DNA of 59,209 nucleotides from Aristaeellaceae bacterium (GCA_051883835.1 JBJEUL010000176.1:1-59209), one strand, 5' to 3'. Shown: positions 8,701 to 16,987, counted from the stretch's first letter. Program-made: numbers and translations. The notes: generated from the letters alone by a model not told the origin.

Positions 8701-10181
8701 TGAGCAAGGACGGCTTCGACATTCCCTTCGAGGTGTTCCTGGGCTTTGAGGGCGACAAGGTGCCCGATATCGACCTGAACTTCTCCGGCGAGTACCAAAA
8801 CCGCGCCCACCACTATGTGGAGGAGCTCTTCGGCCATGACCATGTGTTCCGCGCAGGCACCATCACGGGCCTTGCGGACAAGACGGCCTATGGCTATGTC
8901 GCGAAGTACCTGGAGGAGCGGGGCATTCAGACGGGCAACACGGAAAAGGAGCGGCTGGCCGCAGGCTGCGTGGGCGTGAAAAAGACCACCGGCCAGCATC
9001 CCGGCGGCATGGTGGTGGTGCCCAAGGAATACGAAATCTACCAGTTCACCGCCGTGCAGCATCCTGCGGACGATTTGGAGAGCGACTTTACCACCACGCA
9101 TTTCGACTTCAACTCCATGCACGACATTCTGGTCAAGCTGGACTGTCTGGGGCATGATGACCCCACGGTCATTCATATGCTGGAGGAGCTGACGGGCATC
9201 CCGCCCACGGAGGTGCCGCTGGATGACCCGGCAGTGCGCAGCCTGTTCCACTCCCCGGAGGCTCTGGGCGTTACCTCCGAGCAAATCGACTGCTCCACGG
9301 GCACCTTCGGCATCCCGGAATTCGGCACGGCCTTTGTGCGCGGCATGCTGGACGATACCACGCCTTCCACCATGGAGGAGCTGATTCGCATCTCCGGCCT
9401 GTCCCACGGCACGGACGTGTGGCTGGGCAATGCGCAGGATTTGATTCGCTCCGGCACAGCCGTGCTGCGGGAATGCGTCTGCTGCCGTGACGATATCATG
9501 AACTACCTCATCGACCGGGGCGTGGCCCCCAAGCTGGCCTTCACCACCATGGAGTCGGTGCGCAAGGGCAAGGGCCTCAAGCCTGAGATGGAAAAGGCCA
9601 TGATAGACAACAACGTGCCGGAATGGTTCATTGATTCCTGCAAGAAAATCAAGTACATGTTCCCCAAGGGCCATGCTGTGGCCTATGTGACCAGCGCACT
9701 GCGCATTGCGTGGTTCAAGGTGCATCATCCGCTGGCCTATTACGCGGCGTACTTCACCGTGCGCGGCGATGGTTTCGATGCCTGCACCATGCTCATTGAC
9801 CCGCAGACCATCAAGCAGAAAATCCGCGATATCAAGAACGATCCCAAGGCCACTGCCAAGGATCAAACCGCCGTCACCAGTCTGGAGCTGGTGCTGGAAA
9901 TGAACATGCGCGGCTTCCGCTTCCTGCCCTGCGACCTGTACAAGAGCCACGTCAGCCGCTTCCTGATTGAGGACGGCGCGCTGCGCTGCCCCTTCACGAG
10001 CCTGGGCGGCCTGGGCGAAAGCGCGGCCATCGCCATTGTGCGCGAGCGCGACAAGGCCCCCTTCCTGTCCATTGAGGACATGAAGGAGCGCACCAAAATA
10101 TCCAGTGCCGTCATCGAGCTGCTCCGCGCCCACGGCAGTCTGGAGGGTCTGAGCGAAACCAGCCAGGTAAGCTTCTTCTAA
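5757..10181 (+). CDS. polC: DNA polymerase III PolC-type alpha subunit
   Basis: PHP motif ELHMHTNMS, inserted DEDD exonuclease (VLDFESTGL, HNAAFD, HRAVHDA), zinc finger CTHC/CPLC, polymerase core. GGAG RBS before ATG 5757. Confidence 0.95.
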   Translation: MSYEDLLSQIYAALPHLKGQLSSPRVVYVWAQGKVYITFDSAVLVEEAAFLKMESILRKVFPQKPLALRVVSPGLKEDFLDNISRYKQVLTDFLKRNYPASVSWMEQIDWRCDGERITLTFPDDFSLQYMARQNITGRLAQAVKDIFSADVKVELTVAGNQEARLEEMRRERDKALQAAVTLQELASDHAAPPKEKKERKPTAPRPKKEPEKAPEKKPEPIFPQMTDTALGKPILGRGIADHPVEMKELASDSGLVVVQGDIFKLETKELKGGEMLLVTFAITDYTSSILCKTFLRFRKGGGFGRRKDDEAPLPPITEEERRAVMEKVEQIKLGMNVKVRGECLYDSFARELSISVRDMVPMERIEREDTAEEKRIELHMHTNMSNMDAMTPAGDLIKRAIKWGHPAVAITDHGVVQSFPAAFNAVKKQPIKLIPGCEGYLIDDKDVVKDADDRPLDDTIIVLDFESTGLNTAVDRVIEIGAVKLVGGTVTDSLSLLVNPQRPLSPKITEITGITDMMLADKPTAEQAIPQLMAFMDGHPIAAHNAAFDAALLQAELRRLGITYHAPVLDTLTLARKLYPDMKTHKLGSVCKQLGVSLKNAHRAVHDATATALCLAKMFQQIKEEKGYTKLSDLNLLQGGAIGESYHVILLVKTQAGLVNLNRLVSIGHLDYFRRRPHMPKKIIQQYREGLIIGSACEAGELFRAVLDNEPWEKLKEIASWYDYLEIQPIGNNAFLVREGRVPDEEGLRELNRTIVRLGEELGKPVVATGDVHFLDPHNAINRAIIQAGMGYEDCDQQPPLYFKTTNEMLEEFAYLGPKKCHEVVIDNPRMIADQVEKLQLFPIHPKGEDTFQPLWEDAADNIQNMTWNTARELYGDPLPEIVVKRLEKELKSIIGYGFATLYNIAQKLVKKSNDDGYLVGSRGSVGSSLVARMCGITEVNALPPHYRCTHCRKGFFDVDKSLYQVGVDLPDKDCPLCGKPLSKDGFDIPFEVFLGFEGDKVPDIDLNFSGEYQNRAHHYVEELFGHDHVFRAGTITGLADKTAYGYVAKYLEERGIQTGNTEKERLAAGCVGVKKTTGQHPGGMVVVPKEYEIYQFTAVQHPADDLESDFTTTHFDFNSMHDILVKLDCLGHDDPTVIHMLEELTGIPPTEVPLDDPAVRSLFHSPEALGVTSEQIDCSTGTFGIPEFGTAFVRGMLDDTTPSTMEELIRISGLSHGTDVWLGNAQDLIRSGTAVLRECVCCRDDIMNYLIDRGVAPKLAFTTMESVRKGKGLKPEMEKAMIDNNVPEWFIDSCKKIKYMFPKGHAVAYVTSALRIAWFKVHHPLAYYAAYFTVRGDGFDACTMLIDPQTIKQKIRDIKNDPKATAKDQTAVTSLELVLEMNMRGFRFLPCDLYKSHVSRFLIEDGALRCPFTSLGGLGESAAIAIVRERDKAPFLSIEDMKERTKISSAVIELLRAHGSLEGLSETSQVSFF

Positions 10182-10366
10182 AGGGATCGCGCCAGCGTCG
10201 AAGGGGTCAAGGGGCGATGCCCCTTGTGGGGTGCAGGGGTAAAACCCCTGCGCAGGTCTGGGCGGCAGCCCAGCGCAACATATTCGAACAGCCAAAAGGA
10301 ATCGGAAAAAATCAGAGTTTCCAAGCAGACGACGCAGTTCGTTCGCGCCGGAAACGGCAGGTTCCG
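10181..10366 (+). repeat. Multi-hairpin intergenic repeat, copy B (modules 1-2)
   Basis: Begins at the polC TAA. Same three hairpins (hairpin 2 loop AAA) and module 2 with a TCGTT (G:T wobble) variant. Confidence 0.9.
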
Positions 10367-10443
10367 CAGCCTGCACCGCAGAGCCTAATTAACGCACTGG
10401 AGCTTCCATCAACAAGGGAAGGCCAGCGTTCAGGAGGTATATC

Positions 10444-11262
10444 ATGGCTACGTTGCATCGTGTCCGTGTGGTCGCCATTGGCGGGGAGGAGGATATGCTC
10501 CGGCTGTGCCGCGTCATGCTGCGCAACTGTGGCGAGGAGGAGGATCCGTCGGAGGAGCTTCCGCCCATGAAGCTGGAGGAACTGCTGGCCCAGATTCAGC
10601 ATCGCGCCGAGGAGGAGGGAAGCCCGGAGGAATGCGGCTTCTACTACGGCATGCTGGGCAGTCGGCTCTATGGCCACGCGGATGCCGACAGCTGCCGCTT
10701 CCGGGTGCGTCAGGAGCCCTGCGGCCTGTGGACAGCCACCTTTTCCTATGACAGCGGCGAGCCCTTCCAGCAGGAGGACTGGCTGCGGCTGCACAACGCC
10801 TGCGGGCATCTGCCCCTGCTGGCCCTGCGGGCCTCGTGGGACTTTGCCCGGGCCAAGGGGATGCTCATCTTCACCGGAGGGCATATCCTGGAAAACTGGG
10901 AGCGTATGGAGGAAGCGTGGATGTACCTCATCGCCCAGTATGAGTGCGGCTATCCCCCGGAGGAAGCCGTGCGCAGGCTGGAGAAGCTGCAAGCGACCCT
11001 CGAGCGGGAGGACTGCGACCTGACCATTGACCAGCTGCTGACAGGCTGCATGGACAATCTGCGGGATGTTGCCGACCACACGGCTGACCCTGCGCTGATT
11101 CGGGACATGATGCAGCAATGCCGCGAAAAGCGGGACTATCAGGGCCTGTTCATGCTGCAATGCCATGTGGCGGAGGCCGCGCTGTGGGACACGGAGCACA
11201 ACGGCCGCTGGCTGGCCACGCTGGAAGCGGTGCGTCAGGCCTGGCAGGCGCATCAGGCATGA
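10444..11262 (+). CDS. Hypothetical acidic cytoplasmic protein (272 aa), no family recognised
   Basis: Long ORF with a strong AGGAGG RBS 6 nt upstream of ATG 10444. No TM segment, signal peptide or motif that I can name. Confidence 0.6.
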   Translation: MATLHRVRVVAIGGEEDMLRLCRVMLRNCGEEEDPSEELPPMKLEELLAQIQHRAEEEGSPEECGFYYGMLGSRLYGHADADSCRFRVRQEPCGLWTATFSYDSGEPFQQEDWLRLHNACGHLPLLALRASWDFARAKGMLIFTGGHILENWERMEEAWMYLIAQYECGYPPEEAVRRLEKLQATLEREDCDLTIDQLLTGCMDNLRDVADHTADPALIRDMMQQCREKRDYQGLFMLQCHVAEAALWDTEHNGRWLATLEAVRQAWQAHQA

Positions 11263-11317
11263 TGGTCTAATACGGAGACAAAGGGCATACGCTTCCCCAG
11301 ACAGGGAGGCGAAAGGC

Positions 11318-11602
11318 ATGAACAGGGACGCGGCAACACCCGAGAAGCCCTACGGCCTGACCATGGAGCAGCGGAAGAAGGCCATCGTCACCGGCGTGAC
11401 GGATGTGGAGAGCTTCGATGACGGCGCAGTGGTGCTGCACACCCACGGCGGCCGCCTGACGCTCACAGGCTCAGGGCTGCATGTGTCCAGCTTGCAGCTG
11501 GAGGAAGGCCGCCTGAGCGTGGATGGCGTGATTGACAGCGCAGTCTACGAGGGCAGCGGGGTCAGGCGAAGGGGCGGCTTCCTGCGCAAGGCACTGGGAT
11601 GA
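11318..11602 (+). CDS. yabP: Sporulation protein YabP
   Basis: 94-aa protein with YabP-like core GVTDVESFDDGAVVLHTHGGRLTLTGSGLHVSSLQLEEGRLSVDGVIDSAVY. Directly followed by yabQ and divIC, the conserved order. Confidence 0.8.
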   Translation: MNRDAATPEKPYGLTMEQRKKAIVTGVTDVESFDDGAVVLHTHGGRLTLTGSGLHVSSLQLEEGRLSVDGVIDSAVYEGSGVRRRGGFLRKALG

Positions 11603-12012
11603 TGCTGGAAAATCTCTTTGCACAGGCGGTGCAGGCGCAATTGTTCCTGTGGCTGATGGCAGGGGGCTTGGGGCTGGGTGCGCTGCATCAGCTCAGCCGC
11701 GCCCTGCGGCGCAGGAGCCGAATGGCCGGTCTGGCGGGGGATGTGCTGACGGCCCTGACGCTGGGCCTTGTGCTGCTGTGGACGCTCACGCGCTTTGGCA
11801 CAGGGCTGAGAGCCTATGGCCTGCTGGGGCTTGTGCTGGGACTCGCGCTGTACCTGGCAGGGGTCAGCCCGCTGATGAGCGCGGTGGGGCAGGGTGCGGC
11901 GCGCCTGGGCAGCCGGATGGAAAAATTCCGCAGGAAAAAAGAAGGATTTCCCATGCCGGATGCGGAAATCATATCAACTAATGATGAAGCCGAGGGGTCG
12001 CGAAGGGAGTGA
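11599..12012 (+). CDS. yabQ: Spore cortex biosynthesis protein YabQ
   Basis: Small 3-4 TM protein translationally coupled (4-nt overlap) to yabP. Position matches yabP-yabQ-divIC synteny. Confidence 0.7.
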   Translation: MMLENLFAQAVQAQLFLWLMAGGLGLGALHQLSRALRRRSRMAGLAGDVLTALTLGLVLLWTLTRFGTGLRAYGLLGLVLGLALYLAGVSPLMSAVGQGAARLGSRMEKFRRKKEGFPMPDAEIISTNDEAEGSRRE

Positions 12013-12017
12013 CGCGC

Positions 12018-12362
12018 ATGGATCGGGTGGTCATCCGGTGGCAGGCGATGGCGGTGGCCTGTGTGCTGATTGTGGCCCTGTTTGCGGCAGGCCTGTGGAG
12101 CAACGCCCGGGATTTGCGCACCGCCCAGGAGCGGGAAACCGCCATGCAGGAAGAGCTCACGCACCTGCAGGAAATCGAGCTGGAGCTGTCTGCAGAGCTG
12201 GAAAAGGTCGGCACAGCGAGCTATATCGAGGCCCGCGCCCGGGAGGACTATGCGTTCCTGAAGCCGGGAGAGCTGCGCTTTGAGGTCATCAACCCCAAGG
12301 TGCTGGAGGGCTACACCCGGGAAGAGCTGCAAATTCTCATGGACGAAATAACCATGTACTGA
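12018..12362 (+). CDS. divIC: Septum formation initiator (DivIC/FtsB family)
   Basis: Single N-terminal TM helix, then a coiled coil (LRTAQERETAMQEELTHLQEIELELSAELEKV) and IEARAREDYAFLKPGE. GGGAG RBS before ATG 12018. Confidence 0.75.
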   Translation: MDRVVIRWQAMAVACVLIVALFAAGLWSNARDLRTAQERETAMQEELTHLQEIELELSAELEKVGTASYIEARAREDYAFLKPGELRFEVINPKVLEGYTREELQILMDEITMY

Positions 12363-12364
12363 TG

Positions 12365-12396
12365 GGGGAGCCTGCGTGCGCGGGTTCCTCTTTTTC
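12365..12396 (+). terminator. Intrinsic terminator after divIC
   Basis: Stem GGGGAGCC/GGGTTCCTC (with wobbles), followed by TTTTT (12391-12395). Confidence 0.45.
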
Positions 12397-12440
12397 TCAA
12401 TCGGATACAAAGGGACAAGGCGGAAGGGAGGCATGCTGTC

Positions 12441-13355
12441 ATGATAGCGGCAGTCATCGGGATCGGGTCCAATTCCGTGCGAATGCTGGTGGCACAGGTG
12501 GAGGGCAACCATGCACGGCGGCTGTGGCGGGACAGGGAAGGCACGCGGCTGTTTGCAGGGCTGGACAAGGACGGGTGCTTGCAGCAGGAAGCCATGGCCA
12601 CGACGGTGGCGGCGGTCAGGCGCATGGCGGAGGATGCCCGGGCCAGGGGCGCGCAGGAGGTGCGGCTCTTTGCCACCAGCGCGACCCGGGACGCGGCCAA
12701 TCAGGAAGCCTTTGCAGCCATGCTGCGCCAGCAGGCCGGTGTCGAGTTGGAGGTTTGCTCCGGGGAGAAGGAAGCCGAGCTGTCCTTCCTGGGGGCCACG
12801 GATGGGGATTACTGCGGCGTGATTGACATCGGCGGCGGCTCCACCGAGGTGGTGGTGGGGCAGGGCAAGCAGCTGCGGTGCGCCTTCTCCTGCCAGATGG
12901 GCGCGGTGCGGCTGCATCGGCGGCAAGCCATCGACTCCCACAGCGATCTGCCGCTGGTGGAACAGCTTGCCACGGATATTTTGACGGACAAGCTCCGGGA
13001 GCATCCCACGCTGACCCTGCCGGAGAAGTGGATTGGCACGGGCGGCACCTTCACCACGCTGGCAGCGATGGTCAAGGGCATTCGCTGGACGGATCGCACC
13101 TACATGCACGGCACGGTGCTGACCCTGGCGCAGGTGGAGCAGCAGGCATGGCTGCTCTCCGACATGCCCATGGCACAGCGGCTCAAGCACCCGGGCCTGC
13201 AGCCCCATCGGGCGGATATCGTGGTGCATGGCATCTGCATCCTGCTGGCGGTCATGAAGCGGCTGGGCATTGAACGCATCACCGTAAGCGAATACGGCAA
13301 TCTGGACGGCTATATGAAGGAGCTTTACGGCCTGAAGGGCGAAATCGCGCCCTGA
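12441..13355 (+). CDS. ppx: Ppx/GppA-family phosphatase (exopolyphosphatase-like)
   Basis: ASKHA-fold motifs AAVIGIGSNSVRMLVA and GVIDIGGGSTEVVVG. Confidence 0.85.
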   Translation: MIAAVIGIGSNSVRMLVAQVEGNHARRLWRDREGTRLFAGLDKDGCLQQEAMATTVAAVRRMAEDARARGAQEVRLFATSATRDAANQEAFAAMLRQQAGVELEVCSGEKEAELSFLGATDGDYCGVIDIGGGSTEVVVGQGKQLRCAFSCQMGAVRLHRRQAIDSHSDLPLVEQLATDILTDKLREHPTLTLPEKWIGTGGTFTTLAAMVKGIRWTDRTYMHGTVLTLAQVEQQAWLLSDMPMAQRLKHPGLQPHRADIVVHGICILLAVMKRLGIERITVSEYGNLDGYMKELYGLKGEIAP

Positions 13356-13430
13356 CGGGCAAAATATCCCCAAAATGTGCATGTTCACTGAATATTCATA
13401 GGAAAATGGCGGATTTCTCCTTGCGCTTTG

Positions 13431-13475
13431 CAGGATACTTGCGGTATAATATCGCAAGTATCCTGATTATTTTGG
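13431..13475 (+). terminator. Perfect 13-bp hairpin plus T-tract after ppx; the loop contains TATAAT
   Basis: CAGGATACTTGCG-GTATAATAT-CGCAAGTATCCTG, followed by ATTATTTTGG. It could also be an operator or promoter for the next gene. Confidence 0.5.
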
Positions 13476-13492
13476 ATGGGAGAGTATGTTCA

Positions 13493-14977
13493 ATGAACAA
13501 GAAGGCTTTGCTTGCGCTGCTGCTGGTGATGGCCATGCTGCTGTCCGGCTGCGCGCTGGTCGAGAAGGATATGGCGGTTGACCGCGCCACGGAAATCATC
13601 CGCGTGGGTGACCGGGTCTTTACCAAGGGTGAAATTCAGGACGAGGTTGACTATCAGCTCAACTACACGGCGTACCTGTACAGCATGTTCGGCATGAGCT
13701 ATGATATCACCAGCGAAGCGGTCATTGCGCAAGCGCAGCAGGCTGTGGTGGATGCGCTGGTGGAGCAGGCCGTGTCCGAGGCGAAGATTGCCGAGCTGGG
13801 CCTGGATCAGCTGACCGAGGAGGAGCAGGCCGAGCTGGACGCGAATGCCGCTGCCACCTGGCAGTCCAATCTGGACAGCATTCAGCGCAGCTATCTGGCC
13901 GATACCGAGCTGACCGGCGATGAGCTGACCGCCGCGCTGGAGGCCAAGGCGGCTGAGCTGGGCGTGACGTATGAGAGCGTGGTGGACTACGAGAAGTCCG
14001 TCATCACGGCTGAGAAGCTGTACAATTACGTCATCGCGGATGTGGTCGTGACCGATGCGGAGCTGCAAGCTGCCTATGACGAGCAGGTGGAGCAGGCCAA
14101 GACCACCTATACGTCCAGCCCCGCCAGCTATGTGTCTGCCGCCAATGCGGGCAGCACCGTGTATTACCGTCCCGCCGGCTTCCGGCAGGTCAAGCAGATT
14201 CTGATTTCCTTTACGGAGGAGGATCAGGCGGTGCTGGACGAGCTGGACAGCAAGATTGCCGATGAGGAGGCCCTGATTGCTTCCTACATGAGCAGCCTGA
14301 GTGCTCTGGGCATCACCGATGTGGACGCGCTGGTGCAGCAGGTGAATGTCACGCTGGAGCAGGCCGCTGCGGAGGATACCGACCCGGCGACCCAGACCGA
14401 CCTTGCCGCCGCGGTTGTGGCGACTGTGACCGACATCAGCGATTCCTTTGGCGAGGAAGTGACCGAGGAAGTGGCCGAGCTGGCCCGCCTGCTGGCTGAG
14501 TCCAAGGAGAAGCTGTCCTTCTACAGTGCACAGCAGAAGATGGCTGAGAAGCTGGCCTATGCCGCCATCGCGCCCGAAGCGGATGACGTGCTGGCGCAGC
14601 TGGCTGACGGTGCGGACTGGGATACCCTCATGGCCGAAAAGACCGACGACCCCGGCATGCAGGGCGACAGTGTGACCGCGCAGAACGGCTACACCATCTA
14701 CGCCGAGCAGACCAACTTTGACGAAGCGTTCCTGACTGCCGCCATGGCCCTGGAGAACGTGGGCGATGTGTCCGACAAGGTGCAGGGCATGTACGGCTAT
14801 TACATCATCCAGTACACCGCTGATGTGGTGGAGGGCCCTGTGGCCCTGGAGGAGGTCAGCGAAACGCTGTCCGCCGAGCTGCTGTCCGACAAGCAGGACA
14901 CCACCTATGACGCGACGGTCGCGCAGTGGATTGAAGCCGCCAAGCCCACAATCGACTACAACGCCCTGAACAACTAA
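13493..14977 (+). CDS. Secreted lipoprotein with SurA-N/PpiC-type peptidyl-prolyl isomerase architecture (PrsA-like foldase)
   Basis: Signal peptide MNKKALLALLLVMAMLLSGC with a lipobox Cys, long acidic helical region, C-terminal rotamase-like GYTIYAEQTNFDEAFLTAAMALENVGDVSDKVQGMYGYYIIQY. Confidence 0.72.
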   Translation: MNKKALLALLLVMAMLLSGCALVEKDMAVDRATEIIRVGDRVFTKGEIQDEVDYQLNYTAYLYSMFGMSYDITSEAVIAQAQQAVVDALVEQAVSEAKIAELGLDQLTEEEQAELDANAAATWQSNLDSIQRSYLADTELTGDELTAALEAKAAELGVTYESVVDYEKSVITAEKLYNYVIADVVVTDAELQAAYDEQVEQAKTTYTSSPASYVSAANAGSTVYYRPAGFRQVKQILISFTEEDQAVLDELDSKIADEEALIASYMSSLSALGITDVDALVQQVNVTLEQAAAEDTDPATQTDLAAAVVATVTDISDSFGEEVTEEVAELARLLAESKEKLSFYSAQQKMAEKLAYAAIAPEADDVLAQLADGADWDTLMAEKTDDPGMQGDSVTAQNGYTIYAEQTNFDEAFLTAAMALENVGDVSDKVQGMYGYYIIQYTADVVEGPVALEEVSETLSAELLSDKQDTTYDATVAQWIEAAKPTIDYNALNN

Positions 14978-14978
14978 T

Positions 14979-15187
14979 CTCCAAGGGAACGCGCCAGCGT
15001 AAAAAGGGTCAAGGGGCGATGCCCCTTGTGGGGTGCAGGGGCAAGGCCCCTGCGCAGGTCTGGGCGGCAGCCCAGCGCAACACGTTCCATTTACTCAAAG
15101 GGAAAAGAAGCAACGTGAGTTTCCAGGCAGACGACGCAGTTCGTCCGCGTAGGAAACGGCAGGTTCCGAAGCCCGCCAGGGAACGCC
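14979..15187 (+). repeat. Multi-hairpin intergenic repeat, copy C (full length)
   Basis: Begins 2 nt after the stop of the PrsA-like gene. Hairpin 2 carries the C-G closing-pair variant GCAGGGGC-AAG-GCCCCTGC. Confidence 0.9.
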
Positions 15188-15226
15188 CTCATCCCCCGCT
15201 GCGCCCCGTTCCATTCCCGACAAACC

Positions 15227-15262
15227 AAAGGGACAGTCTGCCACCATGCAGGCTGTCCCTTT
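15227..15262. terminator. Bidirectional terminator between the PrsA-like gene (plus repeat C) and the GNAT gene
   Basis: AAAGGGACAG-16 nt-CTGTCCCTTT. An A-run and a T-run flank the stem. Confidence 0.55.
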
Positions 15263-15285
15263 CGCGTGAACCGGCCCGTCAGCCT

Positions 15286-15843
15286 TCACAGCCCCCGCAC
15301 CCAGTAATCCCCGTAGCGCGTCCCATCATGCCCAATGAGCGGCGCATCCCCCGGCAGGAATCCTCGCATCCGCAGGGCTTCCCTGCGCGCCTGTGCCACC
15401 GGCGGAGCCTTGATGGCCACCCTGTCCGCGTGAAACAGCTCCTTCAGGCAGGGCAAAAGCAGGTCAAGGCATGCGCCGTTGATGTCGGGGGTCTCCATAT
15501 CTCCCCGCAGGTCGATGCGCAGCAGCGCACAGCCGCCGTAAGCATCCTCCGCCACGCGGTGAAAGCATTCCACCGTGCCAATGGGCCCTCCCGCCGCCAC
15601 CATGGCCCAGCGCACAAAATATCCCTGCGCGTAGCTGTCCAGCCAGAACTGCACAGCCTGCTGCATCCGCGCCAGGGTCGGATAGTGGAAATGGTCCCCG
15701 TGGCAGTTGTCGCTGTTGAAAAAGGGCAGGCGCGTTTCATCCCCGTAGACGGACATCAAAGCTGCCGCGTCTGCCATGGTGACGGGCCGCAGGGTCAGGG
15801 TCGGGCTGGTCAGCGTGGGACAGTGGGCGTATACATCAGGCAT
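15286..15843 (-). CDS. GNAT-family N-acetyltransferase (probable)
   Basis: About 185 aa. TLRPVTMADAAALMSVYGD start and RWAMVAAGGPIGTVECFHR central strand resemble the RimJ/RimL-like GNAT fold. Start chosen at the ATG preceded by AAGGA. Confidence 0.6.
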   Translation of the reverse strand: MPDVYAHCPTLTSPTLTLRPVTMADAAALMSVYGDETRLPFFNSDNCHGDHFHYPTLARMQQAVQFWLDSYAQGYFVRWAMVAAGGPIGTVECFHRVAEDAYGGCALLRIDLRGDMETPDINGACLDLLLPCLKELFHADRVAIKAPPVAQARREALRMRGFLPGDAPLIGHDGTRYGDYWVRGL

Positions 15844-15955
15844 GACCATCATCCTTTCATGAAGGGAATATTCGTTCGTATTCGCGCAGGAACGCAACTT
15901 CTCCTTCCCATGGGGCGAAAAATATGGTATCATCATCGGGAAAGGAGTGACGTTC

Positions 15956-16324
15956 ATGCAATTCACCTTTGCGCACAACAACATCAACGTCCTGAATCTG
16001 GACAAGTCCCTGACCTTTTACAAGGAGGCTCTGGGCCTGACCGTGGCCCGGGAAAAGGAAGCCGCTGACCACAGCTTCAAGCTGGTGTACCTCACCGACG
16101 GCACCACCCCTCACCTGCTGGAGCTGACCTGGCTGCGTGACCGCACCGAGCCCTACAACCTGGGCGATAACGAAATCCATCTGGCCTTTGTGGTAGAGGA
16201 CTTCGATGCCGCCCATGCCCTGCATGAGAAGATGGGCTGCATCTGCTACGAGAACCCCGGCATGGGCATCTACTTCATCGTGGACCCGGACGGCTATTGG
16301 CTGGAAATTGTCCCCAAGCGGTAA
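15956..16324 (+). CDS. VOC-family protein / glyoxalase I-like (lactoylglutathione lyase)
   Basis: FAHNNINVLNLDKSLTFYKEALGL ... LELTWL ... NEIHLAFVVEDFDAAH ... YFIVDPDGYWLEIV, a paired beta-alpha-beta-beta-beta VOC pattern. AGGAG RBS. Confidence 0.8.
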   Translation: MQFTFAHNNINVLNLDKSLTFYKEALGLTVAREKEAADHSFKLVYLTDGTTPHLLELTWLRDRTEPYNLGDNEIHLAFVVEDFDAAHALHEKMGCICYENPGMGIYFIVDPDGYWLEIVPKR

Positions 16325-16325
16325 T

Positions 16326-16483
16326 CCTCATTTTCACCTGAAACGCTTCATTCGCACAGCGTCTTTTCCGCCCTGTCTGCGCTTCGTTGCGCTCAACGTA
16401 CTTCCAGTACGCCTCGCTTTACTCAGCTTTGCCAGAACGAAAAATCCGCTGCGCTCGGTGAAGCTTTTTAGACAAAAATGAGT
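16326..16483 (+). other. About 158-nt structured intergenic element bounded by inverted termini
   Basis: CTCATTTT...GCTTCA (16327-16350) is complementary to TGAAGC...AAAATGAG (16459-16482). Internal hairpins are GCGC-TTCGTT-GCGC and GTAC-TTCCA-GTAC. No credible ORF. Confidence 0.35.
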
Positions 16484-16547
16484 ATGCATGTTCCGTTGCC
16501 GCAGCGCATAGCATCAAGCACATGGACGGTGAAGGAGGCTATGCGAT

Positions 16548-16958
16548 ATGGCACAGACAAGAACGGCCCGCCGCCGCCGGAGCGCGAACGCATCCCCGTG
16601 GCTGCGGCTGCTCAAGGGGCTGGGCGTGGCCGTGCTGACCACACTGGCAGGCGTGGCAATCTTTGCGCTGCTGATGCAGTGGATTCGTCCCACGGAGGGC
16701 GCGGTGCGCATCTTCAATCAGGTGCTCAAGCTGGTGTCCATCGTGGCAGGCGTATGGGCAGCGGTGGGGCGCGGCGGCGATGGCGGATTGCTCCGGGGCG
16801 CAGCCGTGGGGCTGATGTATATGGCGGCAGGGGTCGCGCTCTATGCGCTGCTCTCCGGGCAGAATGCGCCCGTATCCGCTTATCTGGCCGATTTGGGCAT
16901 GGGCGTGGCCGGAGGCGGCATCGTGGGGCTGATTCTGGCGAATATTTCGCCCAGGTGA
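16548..16958 (+). CDS. Small 4-TM membrane protein (YrzE/TIGR04086-like)
   Basis: 136 aa, Arg-rich N-terminus and Gly-rich TM helices. AGGAGG RBS 9 nt upstream. The family name is from memory and unverified. Confidence 0.55.
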   Translation: MAQTRTARRRRSANASPWLRLLKGLGVAVLTTLAGVAIFALLMQWIRPTEGAVRIFNQVLKLVSIVAGVWAAVGRGGDGGLLRGAAVGLMYMAAGVALYALLSGQNAPVSAYLADLGMGVAGGGIVGLILANISPR

Positions 16959-16987
16959 TTGCATGTTGCGGCCAAATGGTGTATAAT
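16959..16987 (+). promoter_or_regulatory. Putative sigma-A promoter of the SCIFF operon
   Basis: TTGCAT (16959-16964), 17 nt, TATAAT (16982-16987), about 95 nt upstream of the SCIFF ATG. Confidence 0.5.

Noticed and set aside
5877-10376. Very long antisense ORFs. Examples are the 1499-aa ORF opposite polC, 1587-4151 opposite dxr/rseP/ispG, 55049-57472 opposite mutS2, 46266-48176 opposite relA and 49449-51614 opposite hemZ.
   Set aside because: They lie opposite genes with unambiguous conserved motifs. Their products are low-complexity and rich in Arg, Gly, His and Ala. Such stop-free antisense frames are an expected artefact of GC-rich coding DNA.
15019-16068. 349-aa plus-strand ORF starting in repeat C and running antisense through the GNAT gene. 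Similarly, 20242-21159 runs opposite the CHAP gene and 26005-27219 opposite the diguanylate cyclase gene.
   Set aside because: They start inside a repeat hairpin or have no RBS, have low-complexity composition, and the opposite strand encodes proteins with recognisable domains.
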